From: the human T2T-CHM13v2.0 reference genome, Homo sapiens
Assembly: GCF_009914755.1 (NCBI RefSeq)
Contig: NC_060937.1
Strand: one strand, 5' to 3'
Length of the DNA stretch: 64,000 nucleotides
This document shows positions 13,612 to 25,319 of this stretch, piece by piece. Made by a program: the position numbers and the translations under genes. The stretch's first letter is position 1; each line of letters begins with the position of its first letter. Under the pieces are notes generated by a model. The model did no database searches, was not told where the DNA came from, and saw nothing but the letters and a program-made list of their open reading frames with translations.

Positions 13612-14416
13612 TATAACCACCAATAGGTTCTTCTTGCCCACTGCACAGATAAAACCAATTCACTGGGACAGCAATATTGCAGTGGAGGAAGAGTTTCATA
13701 ATCACAGAGCCATCCAAGTGCCATGAAAGGAATTTATTACTCAAATCTGCTTCCCTGATAACTCAGAGGCTAGGATTTTATAGATAATGTGGCGGGCAGG
13801 GGCTAGAGAATAGATGCTGCTGATTGGTTGGGGATAAAATCACAGGGATGTGGAAAATGGTTCTCATGCACTGAGTTAGCCTTTGAGTGGGAAATATAGG
13901 ATTGTTTGCATCATGAGTCATGGGTTTGGGTGAGGTCAGCCTATTGCCAGAATGAAAAAAGTCTGAAAAACCTCTTCAAGGACCCATCTAAGGTTCTACA
14001 ATAGTAATGTTATCTATAGGAGCAACTGGGGAAGTCACAAATCTTGTGACCTCTGGCCACATGATTCCTGAGCAACAAGGGATTATAGAAAAGCAAGCTA
14101 GGAAACAATGGCTGCTTATCATTAAACTATGCCTACCTTTTAGCAGAGTCCAGGCCCTTCTCATAATCATAATCTGTGGTCTTACATTAATCTTACAAAG
14201 ACAGCTTTGGTCCCTGAACAAGGAGGGGATCATTTTTAGGGGGCAATTATTATTATCCTTGTTTCAAAGTTAAACTACAAAGGAAATTTTTTTCCATGGT
14301 TAACTTGGCATACACCCAGGAATAAATGAAGATAGCCAGCCTGTGGGGATAGAAGCATTATGAAGTCTACCATGCTAAACTTCTCTGTTGACATATTCTT
14401 TGCAAATGCAGCTTCA
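13612..14416 (-). mobile_element. 3' LTR of provirus (LTR8A/LTR8B-like, ERV1)
   Basis: Minus strand begins tgaagctgcatttgcaaagaatatg; direct repeat of 20738-21534; preceded on the minus strand by a polypurine tract. Confidence 0.9.
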
Positions 14417-14440
14417 GTCACCCCTCTTTAACCCCTCTTT
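14417..14440 (-). other. Polypurine tract (duplicated)
   Basis: Minus strand aaagaggggt-t-aaagaggggtgac immediately 5' of the LTR TG. Confidence 0.8.
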
Positions 14441-14479
14441 GGCTTGAGCATACTTCAAAGTGTAAACTATAAAGCTAGT

Positions 14480-14819
14480 AGAAGGCTGATGACCACTCCA
14501 ACTTCTACCTGATGACAGGGGCATGGTTGGGGTTGAAGTTGGGCCTATCTAGAGAAGAATAAAACCACTTTGGAGTTGTCTGTGTTTATTAACAAGTGCC
14601 TGGCTAAGATCCCAATGTTTGTATGGCAAAGACATTAGTTCTCGTATTCACAGCTTTAGCACAGCACTTCAGTCAACAGCAAACCATAAGATAAATAATA
14701 GGCACTAACATTAGGAGTGAAAGCACTAGCTTCCGGAGTCCCTATAGAACTGACCTAAAATCTTGAGGCATCCAGGTGAATGACACTGAGAATCAGTCAG
14801 ATATGGGGTCATCAGTAGA
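14480..14819 (-). pseudogene. Decayed env C-terminal remnant (membrane-proximal, transmembrane and tail segments)
   Basis: Manual translation from 14819: STDDPISD*FSVSFTWMPQDFRSVL*GLRKLVLSLLMLVPIIYLMVCC*LKCCAKAVNTR; lies just upstream of the PPT. Confidence 0.6.
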
Positions 14820-17800
14820 GAATCAAAAACAATGAACAAAGCTAGAATCTAATAAGAGGTATACTATAGTTTTTTCCTGAAACATATTTTCTCTCTCTGG
14901 TTCCCCATTTTACCAAAGAGAAATCATAGTAGGACCAATGTCTTTGAAAAATAAATTACAGTCTCATTATTTTTGGCCAGATTATTTGCATAAAGTACAG
15001 CAAGAATAATCACTTGCCATATAGGCTCTTTTTTCTAAATTGGCTTTGCTGGAATATTTTCATAAGGTATCTGATTAGGCCTTTTAAAAGCCTCTTGAGC
15101 CCAGCCAAGAATTCATCTGTGCCTGAAAATACCTGTATGAATCAGGTGAATTCATCTCCTCTCAAGTTTCTAAAATAACTTGGAGCTCCTGGGCCTGTCA
15201 GAAAGTAACTTAGAGCTCTGCAAAGAGACTGCATAGACAAGAAATGAGGCCAGTTTTTCCAGTTGGTTATTATTAGCTCTATATGTCAACCTCAATTCTT
15301 TAAAGCAGTCTACTCATATCTGAAAACATGCCATTCCAGTCAAAGCCTCGTTGAACTTATGCAAATAATGATATTGCTATAAATTTAGAGTACTTACAAA
15401 TAGTTTTCAAATTCTGGATAAATCAGGTAAAGAGAAACTTTTCAATGTTGTTTACAAGAGTATACTTTATTCAATTGTTAAAAACTCTAAATTGCTCAAA
15501 ACAAAAAAAAGTTTTCTTAACTCTGAAAAGCAAAATAAAATGAATCAGTAGTGTTTCAGGCAAAAATTTATAAAGATTATTTCAATATTCTATTCAGTCC
15601 ATGCAGTAAATGCTTTCTCTATTCAATACTCATGAACACATTAGCTCTCCAAGAGTAACTTTGAAGCTTTTTTCCCTATTCCAATGACACCATTTACAAA
15701 GTTATCAGAAACCAGCATTCACGAACACCCATGAGAGTCCTATAGCTGATCACAAAACTGCCTTTTGGAAAGAATTAAAGTAAAATAATAATGGTGAATG
15801 ACAAAAGATAGCCATGGTCAAACACACAATTGACAAGGAAATCTGTTCATCTTTGTGGCATACAACAATTTAACATAACAATCATAATTCTTACTGATAA
15901 CATGCACCCAGTCATCAGAATTATGAGTCTCACACAATTCTGGAATACATACCAATAACAAATTCATGCAAATACCACTCAAAGAAAGCCAAACATTGTT
16001 TCATACTTGACAATGCTTGCTGTATAATTGTAACTTACCAAATAAGCCAAATATGTCTCTTTTGGACTTCAGAGGTTCTGATATCTAAAAAAAAGTTAAT
16101 GAGGTCAAAAGGACTAAATTTAGAACTTGAAATTTTGATTTTGGGAGGTTTGTCAAATATCAAAGGTTTTAAACACTTGATATCAGAAAATAGGATCACA
16201 GGTCATTTATTTAACTGAAATAACAACTCAAAAATTTCAAAAAAGCAAAACCTTTTACTCTGTGATAGAGGGAAAACAGGTTTCCAAACAAGACCAATAA
16301 AGACAGCATGAAGCCAACTGAATTTTTCTCTTCTCCCTCCTTTTTTTAATTTCCTATTTTTTCTGTAGTTTACTCAAAATGCAAACAAAAATCTTTATTA
16401 TCTCTCAATATTACACAAAAATCTTGCTCAAAAGAGAAAACCAAATTCCACCTATAAATTAGTGCATTGTTGACATTAAGACTAATTTTTTAAAAAAATC
16501 TTATAAACAAATCTATCTAATTTTAATCAATTTAATCATAAGTTAAGATTTCCATAAGCCGTTTATAACACTTTACAATTTTGTGTCAATGAGCAGATCA
16601 GTACTCCGAGGAAACCCTGTTATTCTGAGACATGGGCCCAGATTCTGGCCTTGAATCACTGTGTTTTTTATCTTAATGTTTAATTTATAGAAAAACTAAA
16701 AAATCTTCAAATTTTGATCAACTCGATCATACGCAGAACTTCCTTTAAAAGATCAATCATTTGCAAATCTTCTACAACTTCAGTCTTGTCCTAGTATTCT
16801 TTTAACTTAAGACAATTCTTAAAAACTTCTAAACTAAAAATCATTTTCCCTTTAACAAAAACCATATTTTCACACCTTCTTATAACCTTTTACCAAATAC
16901 ACATTCTACTTTCTGTATACAACTTGCATGTAAACTGTTTCTCCCATAGTCTAAATTACATATGTTACAACATTTACTCTTAGCAATTTTTATTTTTAAT
17001 GAAAAACCTGGTAAGTAGGCATTTTAATCATATATCAGATTATAGAGCACAGGAAAAGGACAGAGCTGCAGACAATGTCTGAATCTTCCCAGCATAGCCA
17101 AGGGGCTTGCCTAATAGCACATATCCCCAGGCCTTATCTAAAATCTAATGACTCTAAAACAGACAATTCATACAATTATCAAAAATGTTATAGAAGTAGT
17201 TTATGACCTTAAAACATCCAGCAGACTGTGTCAGACTTAACTCAGACTAAATGTCTACATTCTGAAAATTTCTATTTTATTTTACCAATTTTAAAACCAC
17301 CTTTATTTACAAAACACTACTAAAGTCATATGAAGTAAAAAGCATTTGAGTTTCTATTTTTCTGATAAAATATTTGGTTTAAGCACTTACTTTTCATTAA
17401 ATCCAATCAATTAGAGCTCTTCTATACATTTTATAGTGAAATATCACATAGACATAGACACAGACAGAAGCAGATTTTGTAGATTTATAAAAGTCTTCAT
17501 GTATCATTTCCTAAAGTATCTCTTCCTCATTTTTGGTTAGTATTCTCTTGATCACCTGTTCTCTGCCCTAAACAATTGTCCAGTAGGCATCTCCAAGTTT
17601 GCATTTCTAAAGGGAAAACTCTTAGGTGGTATGAAATAGAGAATTTATATTTTACTCAAACCAAGGAAAAATGGTGTGAGTAAAAGCTCAGTTAAGATAG
17701 CCAGGAAAAGCAGACTGTCTTACACATGGAGATTTCCTTAAAGATATGTTTCTTAATTGGATTACTGGCTTTAGGGTGGAACCCTTTAAAGAACAGGACC

Positions 17801-20359
17801 AGGAAAACATGCAATTTTTAGGGCCTAATATGCAGGCACAGATGGAAGACAGAAGAAATTCCTCAAAATCAAGGATCCTATTTTTATACTGAATCCTGGA
17901 TCACAAAAGAGGGAAACACTATGGGATGAGACATGAAAATGCCTTTACAGTACACTTTATTGCAAGGACATTCTGGTGGACAACAGAAAGCCAATCAGCC
18001 GCCCATCCCCCACTGGAGTCTTATCCCTCATTCCATACCTTCTAAGTGCCCAAGAGCACACTTCTCTTACATAAACACACAAAGAAGAGAGTATTGCCCT
18101 GTAGTAATAATCACTCACTGTAAGCAACTGCCATTAGCCATTTCTAAAAGCATATCCCTTACCTACTTATTACACACCAAGGTTAAAATTTTCTCATAAT
18201 ATAATTTCTAATGCCCCCTCAAAGTCAAAAACATCAGGAAAAGCAATGCAATAGAGAGCAGAGTTTTAGATTTTCATAGAAATCTGCCCACTTAGAACTC
18301 TGGGGGTTCCATGAGGAAAACAGAGATTCCTCCCAAAACAGAGTCTTTACTGCTTTTTCTGTTTTCCCCAGGGGGTCCCAGTCTGTTAGAAATTATTTTA
18401 GATCCTTTCATGTGGGCATCAATAGTGAAAAGATGAAGGAAGGATGGACAGAAGCAAACAGAGAAACAGGCAGAATTCAATTGACTAGGTTTTTACAGAG
18501 AAAGAGAGGAGAGGCTTTAAGACAATATACGTACATACATAGCCTAAATAACCTTTTCAGTTAAATTGATTTTAACAATGGAGCTCTTAAAGGAAATTTT
18601 TCCAGATATTTTATTACCAAATTTTAGCCAAGACAAACAATATTTCTGGTTTTTAAACTTCTTTATCAGAGGTAACCTCCCACAGGAAACCAGTTAAGTC
18701 CTAAGGTTATGACTTAACCATGGTTGCAAGAGATGTCTCCAAAGTAAGCAGTTTTTGCAAGATCTAGAATTACCACAAAGGTGGCTCAGGGAATAGAAAA
18801 TTCAAGATAGGACATTGGAAGTTGTCCAGGAAGGGGAAAAGAATCAGTAAGTGGCAAAAGTCACACAAATATCAAACCAGAAAGGACTCATTCTCAAAGC
18901 CAGGAATCAAACCCAAGCCACCACAGTGAAAGACTTAGCTCCTGAGCTACAGCTTGGGATGCCTGCCATTTCTCTTCCCAGAAGGAATCTAAAGGAGTTT
19001 TTTGACTTTGCAAAGGATTTCAACTCTCAAGATAATATTTAAAGCTAGCCAAGACATTATTATGTGTTCTTCTTTAACTTAACCATTTTTCCAGTTGTTT
19101 AGAATAAAAGATCTCTAAAATTCTTTTTCTTCTAATGGTGTACTTAGTTCAAATAGTGACTCAATCCAAAATCTTTTTTAAAGACCAAATGCTAATTTTC
19201 TAAGTTTTCACCATATAAATAGGAAATATTCCTAGAGCAAGCATAGAGGAGGCATCCTCATGATCCCCAAAACTTCATTTTCAGGAATGGGCTTAGAATA
19301 GAAAAAGATGACAAAAGCCCTATAGGGATTGGAAAGACAAAACTCATTTAAGGGCTTAAGACATTTGAAACAAAAAATATGCTGATGGTCCTCAGACTCC
19401 CAGTCCTTTGACTGGTCTCTTTGATATAAACCCCAAAATTCATGCCCTCCAGATAAAAGATAGCATACTCTTACATGGTCATAAGGTCAAACTCTCAAGG
19501 TTATAAAGCAAGATAAGAGGGAAGCCTCATCTGATTTTTGTTTCAGGGACCCACAGCAAAGTTCTTAACTGACCAATCTGCAGGGCTGGCTTGAATAGTG
19601 AGCTTATAGGAATCCTAGGCCTGTGTTCTATTCTATAGTACCCCTCTTTATGAAAGAACAATGGAGAAAGACAAAAACAAAGGATAATAGTCAAATATGG
19701 GCTATTTCTGAGAGGAAAGAGGGTCAAAGAATATGAACATTCATAGCACAAAGTACTGAAAGTACATCAGAGTTGCTACAACCTAAGACTAGTCACACAA
19801 ATTCTTTCTGTCATTAATCAAAACTTTGCAGAGGAGGCAGTGATTTTTACCGTCCACTCAACTAGTTTGTGCACAGAGAGAGGACATAAGCCTAGGTGGT
19901 AAGAAATTTTTACTATTTTGCTGGCTTGTCAGGTTCCTGGGTTTCCTCTCTTTGTGGCTTCCAGAAGAATGGAGCAGCTTTTGATGACCCTGCCCACTGC
20001 ATCATAGCTGTGGGGGCCAAGCTGTGTTACAAAAGAAAAATCATCCTTTTTCATTTCATGAAACCATAGGCAACAGACTCCCAATTTTGCAAGGTTCTGT
20101 CCAACAAGCTGCATGGGGGGAACTGTATTAAGATTTCTCATATCAGACACAGTGAAATACACACAATGAAATGCAGACATCAAAGACAAGCCAGAGGCCT
20201 TCCAGAACCAGATTCCAAACAAGGAAAGCATGTTCTTCCAAAAAAACAAACAAACAATAACAACAAAAAATCCAGAAACAAACTAACAAAAAAAATCCTG
20301 TTCTCGCTTCAAGGGAGGATAAATCTACCCAAACCATGACTCTTCCCACAACCTAGGGA

Positions 20360-20485
20360 GAGCTAACCAGAACCCACAAAGGAGCCACCCAGAAGCTACA
20401 AAAGGGGCCAACCAGAAGCTTCAAAGGGGAGGAAACACAACCAACAGTGGGGCCAACCAGAACCTGCAAAAGGGACCAACCAGAT
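20360..20485. repeat. Degenerate ~22-23 bp tandem repeat in the proviral leader
   Basis: About five copies of a ccaaccagaa-like core (ctaaccagaa, ccacccagaa, ccaaccagaa x2, ccaaccagat), mostly followed by caaa(a)gg. Confidence 0.7.
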
Positions 20486-20715
20486 CAGGAGAAGGAAGGG
20501 AATGTTGGTTACACTTAGAATACTCACTAGACCAATTGAACCCGTTCTCTACTGTAAGCGGGCACAACCACTATGGGTTGACAGTGCCTTACAAGCAGAG
20601 ACAGCCCTAGAGATGGCCCTCTGTTCAAGAGAAATGAGCAGCCACCAGGACTCTGTCGAAGTCTGCTGTACCAGTGAGAGACTGCTGAACTGCCAGCAGG
20701 TGCCTTGCAAGGGGA

Positions 20716-20733
20716 ATACTGGGTGAGTTCTCA
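20716..20733 (-). other. Degenerate primer-binding site, tRNA-Pro type
   Basis: tgagaactcacccagtat versus TGGGGGCTCGTCCGGGAT (11/18), 4 nt downstream of the 5' LTR end. Confidence 0.65.
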
Positions 20734-20737
20734 AATT

Positions 20738-21534
20738 TGTAATCACTTGACAGGTTCTTCTTGCTTACTACACAGGTAAACCAACTCACTGAGACAGCGG
20801 TATTTCAGTAGAGAAAGAGTTTAATGTAAGTCTAGCCACTTGGAAGGACAGGAGTTTATTACTCAAATCAGCCTCCCTGAGAACTCAGAAGCAAAGGTTT
20901 TTATGGATAATTTGGTAAGCAGGGGTCTAGGAAGTGGGTGCTGCTGAATGGTTGGGATTGAAATCATAGGCATATGGAAAATGGTCTTCATACACTAAAT
21001 CAGCCTGTGGATGGAGGCCAGAGGACCAACTGAGTCATGAGTCACAGATCTGCTTGAAGTCAGTCAGTCACCAGCATGCAAAAGTCTGAAAACCTCTCAA
21101 AAGACAAATCAGGTTCTACAATAGTAATGTTTTCTACAGGAGCCACTGAGGAAGTCACAAATCTTGTGACCTCTGGCCACATGACTCCTGAATAGGAAGG
21201 GATTATAGAAAAGCAAGCTAGGGAACAATGGCTGCTTATCATTTAACTGTGTCTACATTTTAGCAGAATTCAGGCCTTTCTCGTAATCCTAATCTTGTGG
21301 CCTTCCATTAGTCTTACAAAGGCAATTTCCATCCCTGAACAAGGAGGGGGTCAGTTTTAGGAAGGCACGATTATCCTTGTTTCAAAGTTAAATTATAAAC
21401 TAAATTCTTCTCATGGTTAGCTTGGCCTATACCCAGGAATGAGTGAGGACAGGCAACCTGCTGGGTGAGAGGGAATATGGCTTCAGCCATGCTAGACTTC
21501 TTTTGTTGTCATAATCTTTGCAAAGCCTATTTCA
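20738..21534 (-). mobile_element. 5' LTR of provirus (LTR8A/LTR8B-like)
   Basis: Minus strand tgaaataggctttgcaaagattatgac...gtgattaca; outer flanks attc (13608-13611) and gttc (21535-21538) form a 4-bp TSD with 1 mismatch. Confidence 0.9.
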
Positions 21535-21549
21535 GTTCTGTACCACTTT

Positions 21550-21720
21550 AAGATTATTATGTAGAATTTCAAACATATACAAATGTAGAAAGGAAATTGT
21601 TATAAACCTTTATGCATCTGTCACTTATATTAAAAAATTAACAACTCATGGCAACTCTTGTTTCATCAATATCTAAAACCACTTCTCCTTATGATTTCTG
21701 AACAAACCAGGACCTTTCGC
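21550..21720 (-). mobile_element. Old L1ME/L1MC 3' fragment
   Basis: ttattatgtagaatttcaaacatatacaaatgtaga...actcatggcaactcttgtttcatc. Confidence 0.55.
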
Positions 21721-21859
21721 CTCTGTACATCATTAAAACACATAGTCAACTACTCACTAAATATATGGTTGATAAAAGAAGAGAGAAATATTCAGAGTGA
21801 AGAAGAATACCTGGACAATATTATCCGTATGGTATAAAATCTTAGAGAGTTATTTTCAA

Positions 21860-22120
21860 CTTTATTTATTTATTTGAGACAGGGTCTTACTCTATCACCT
21901 GGGCTGGAGTACAGTGGTGCAATTTTGGCTCACTGCAACCTCTGCCTTGCAGGCTCAAGCGATCCTCCCATTTCAACCTCCTGAGTAGCTGGGATCACAC
22001 AGGCGCACACCATCATGCCTGGCTATTTTTTCATATTTTTGGTAGAGATGGGGATTCACCATGTTGTCCAGGGTGGTCTCAAACTCCTGAGTTCAAGTAA
22101 TCAGCCCACCACACTTGGTC
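21860..22120 (-). mobile_element. AluJ with a deletion in the left arm
   Basis: gagacagggtcttactct...ggctcaagcgatcctccc (J-like); (TTTA)n tail. Confidence 0.9.
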
Positions 22121-22689
22121 TATTTACTTATTTTCAGTTTTTGGCTTCAAATTTATAGTCACTAGAATGTAATTTAAACTTGAGTGTGAATTATCCCCCA
22201 AAAATACAAAAATAATTTTTTATCTTCTTTACAATATTTATCACAAGATGTGAATTTAAGTATGATTTACTCATTTTAATTTCCTTTTCTCTTTCATTTT
22301 TCTTTTCTTGAATTTTTTTAAAGTAAAGGAAGTAACTGAAGAGTATTAATGTAATATTAAGTTTATTAGGTTAAAAAAGAGCTATCTCATAATTAGATTA
22401 TGTGACAGGATTGTCATCTTGCTTTAATGCTTTTTTTCACACTAAAAAATAGTGTAATCATATACCAGACTGATATAGTACTGTTCTCCCATAAAAAATT
22501 ATACAAACAAAAACAAGCAAATGAACAATGTTATAACATTTTAAATATTTATTCTTAACAAGTCTACATCATATAATCTTATTATGTAACAGCGATGCTA
22601 TTTATGTGTCTTATTAATCCACAGATAATATATTTAAGAAATTAAGAAGTTGGTAAGTATTTCTGAGCTGTGCAGTGTGGGGGCCAAGG

Positions 22690-23306
22690 GCCTAGTGTTT
22701 TGCTGCAAGTTACTGACATGAGGAAGATTAATTAATAATAGAAAAGGCATACAGATATGTTTAACTTCTAATCACATGAGCCTTCAGAAAGAAGACCCAA
22801 AAATGCAAAGGGAATTTTCCATGTTTATGCTTAGGTTCAACAAAGTACAAGCAGCCATGTAGAAATATGATTGGACTGAAAGGGTATGATCTGTTGCGAA
22901 CGAACTGAGTGAGAAACCCAGCGAGGCCTGTCCACCTGGATTCTTCTTGGCCTCTTTCAGCAGCGTTTCTTCCTTCTGGGTATGGGGCAGTACCCTCTCT
23001 GGAATGGGGGTCTTTTGATCTACAGTCATACAAGGTACATCAGATAATTTCTTTATAGAAAATTTTTACACAGAAAGGTGGAGAGAAAATTAGAGTAATG
23101 GTTTAGGTTTTATGACTCGCTTTGGGGAGAAAGAATTCTGTTTTCTATGACTCGCCTTGCAGAAGAGAGATTCTAGTTTCTGTGGCTAGCCTCAGGGAAG
23201 AATGGGAGTGAGAGACGGGAGGGCAGGTAAAGGTCAGAGAAAAGCTTGCTTCTGAGGCTGCTGCTGAGGCCTTCATTTTGGGGGTACTGTTTTCTGAGCC
23301 CCAACA
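22690..23306 (-). mobile_element. MER39-like ERV1 solo LTR
   Basis: Minus strand starts tgttggggctcagaaaacagtacccccaaaatgaaggcctcagcagcagcctcagaagc; the other boundary is approximate. Confidence 0.85.
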
Positions 23307-23480
23307 GCAGCATATATTTGTTTATATTTGTGAGGTAGTAATTAGAAGAATTTTGGTTGGGCTGCACATGAAGGATATTTTGAGAGCATAAGTACTTGTC
23401 CTCATGGTTCCAATAAAGAAAAACAAAATGGAAAAATAAAACCCTTATCAGGAAATATTTCCAGCTTTCTGATTTTCTGA

Positions 23481-23561
23481 TACACACACACGTATGCACA
23501 CACACACACACACACAAATGCACACACAAATATATATATATATACACATATATATACATAT
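23481..23561. repeat. Compound (CA)n/(TA)n microsatellite
   Basis: Direct observation. Confidence 0.9.
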
Positions 23562-24154
23562 TTCTCTTTCAGACCTCCCAGTCTGATGGAGAAAATGAAC
23601 TAGACTTCAGGATAAACCCTAAACTTCAGAGCCAAATGACGTATTTTTACCCCAAGCTTCTCATACCTATTAAACCAAAAATAGTAGTTTTCTGCTTTTC
23701 CAAATGTCTATATATCTTAATTTCCTGCACACTGCTCAGTTGCTCATCTTTCTTCCTCTATAAAATGAAGATATAACTTTCTCTCTATCCTTCCCCACTC
23801 CCATCAGCAGTCCTCGAAACTTGGGATTTGAATTTTATTAACAACAAATGCAAAGACAATCTACATAGTGGACACAGTGAAAATCTTAATAATTAATAAT
23901 AGCTAAGAACGGCATTCATTAATGTAATGCTGTATTTCATATTTGTAAGTCCCACTCTATAGATTTTAAGAAATTTAGAAAAGTGGATTAGAAGTATTTG
24001 CTTATTATACCTTATCTGAGAGAAGAATAAACTGGGTTACCACAGGGTTTATTCATTTCAGAAAGCAAGAAGTGCTTCATTCCTTGCCCGTAGATGACAG
24101 GGGAAAACAAGGCATGATATAGAAATATATTTAACATATTATGAAGACACTAGA

Positions 24155-24510
24155 TTGTATTGCTGTACCCAATTATTTATTCCTTTCTTTGTAACATCCA
24201 AACTATTGCCTTGAAACCTTCAGTGCTTTCTGTGGGAGGGGTCTTTCCCAGTCCATTGCTCTTATAGCTTGGCAGGTGACTTGATTTGACCAGGAAAATG
24301 TGGATGAAATGGAATTACATTTCAAAAGTTACCATTCTGTCCAGAGCTGCATCACAAGAACATCTTATCCAAAACAAAGGTGGGTCCTTCAGTCTGGGTT
24401 ATGGTTGTGAGAAAGATAAGTGTAATACAGACACAGATACCTGAAACTGACAAGTTGTGATAAGCCACTGTCTTTTTCTTTTTTTAACCATAGAAAGATT
24501 AACTTACTTG
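24155..24510 (+). mobile_element. Old MLT1-type LTR
   Basis: ttggcaggtgacttgatttgaccaggaaaatgtgg...tccttcagtctgggt...taagccactg. Confidence 0.5.
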
Positions 24511-25319
24511 TTTTTGAAAATAATTATAATAGCATGAGTAATAGGCCTTGTATTTTTGATAAGTGAGGACAAACAAAGCCTCCTTACCATCTGTTTTATA
24601 TCTGTCTCCGGAGAAAATTGATAGTATTATTCCAACATCTTACAAGTAAAGTCTTATTTACTTCTAAGAAAAGTAACTTCTTAATGATGCTGAGCTCTAA
24701 AACCTGACATAAAAGTTTCAACAGAGATTTATGGTCACATATTTAAGCAACAGTACGAGTAAGATTATTAACCTTCTGACTTTTCTATTGGGAAATATTT
24801 ACAGCAAAGAATAATAAGACTTCTGTGAAGAACTAGAGGAATACAAGAAGAAATAATGTGTGCAAAGAGGACTTCAAAATAAGAACACTAGTCAAAGCCT
24901 GGAATATGTTAAATCAACAGTCGACATACTGAAGATAGGTTTGTACGCTAAGGTGAAAGACAACAGGAGCTGTACAATTAAGTCATCATGGTTTATTTAT
25001 GTGGCAGTCAGAACTGTGAACCCTGCACCAAAAACAATCACCAACAAACTTAGTGAATACATTGCTGAAATTACTTCATAGAAAATCATTGTTAGCTGCC
25101 AGTTTAGTGGCCAGAATCTTTGTTGAATAACTTGCATTTAATAGTTGAAAGATAAGTGTATCATAGTATTCTATATTAGAATTGGAATAAGCTGTGAAAA
25201 GCCTATTAGATCCTCAAATAATCAAGTAAAATCAGATGAAAAGAGAAGTTAGTCTGGAAAATTTGTCCAGAAAAAAAAATACGCAAACATATTTCAAGGA
25301 AAAACAGATATGTTTGCCT

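Larger units (their letters stand above)
14417..20737 (-). mobile_element. Internal region of an apparently non-autonomous MER4-group/HUERS-P-like ERV1 provirus
   Basis: Bounded by two homologous LTRs, with a PBS at one end and a PPT at the other; AT-rich MER4-int-like sequence; no long gag/pol ORF in the ORF track. Confidence 0.85.

Noticed and set aside
13988-14233. Paralogous short ORFs here and at 21060-21242
   Set aside because: The similarity reflects the two LTR copies; no evidence of coding function
20360-20485. CRISPR-like repeat-spacer array
   Set aside because: Eukaryotic ERV context, degenerate units, no unique spacers and no cas genes
23173-23559. 128-aa ORF
   Set aside because: Starts in a (TA)/(TG) microsatellite and ends in an LTR
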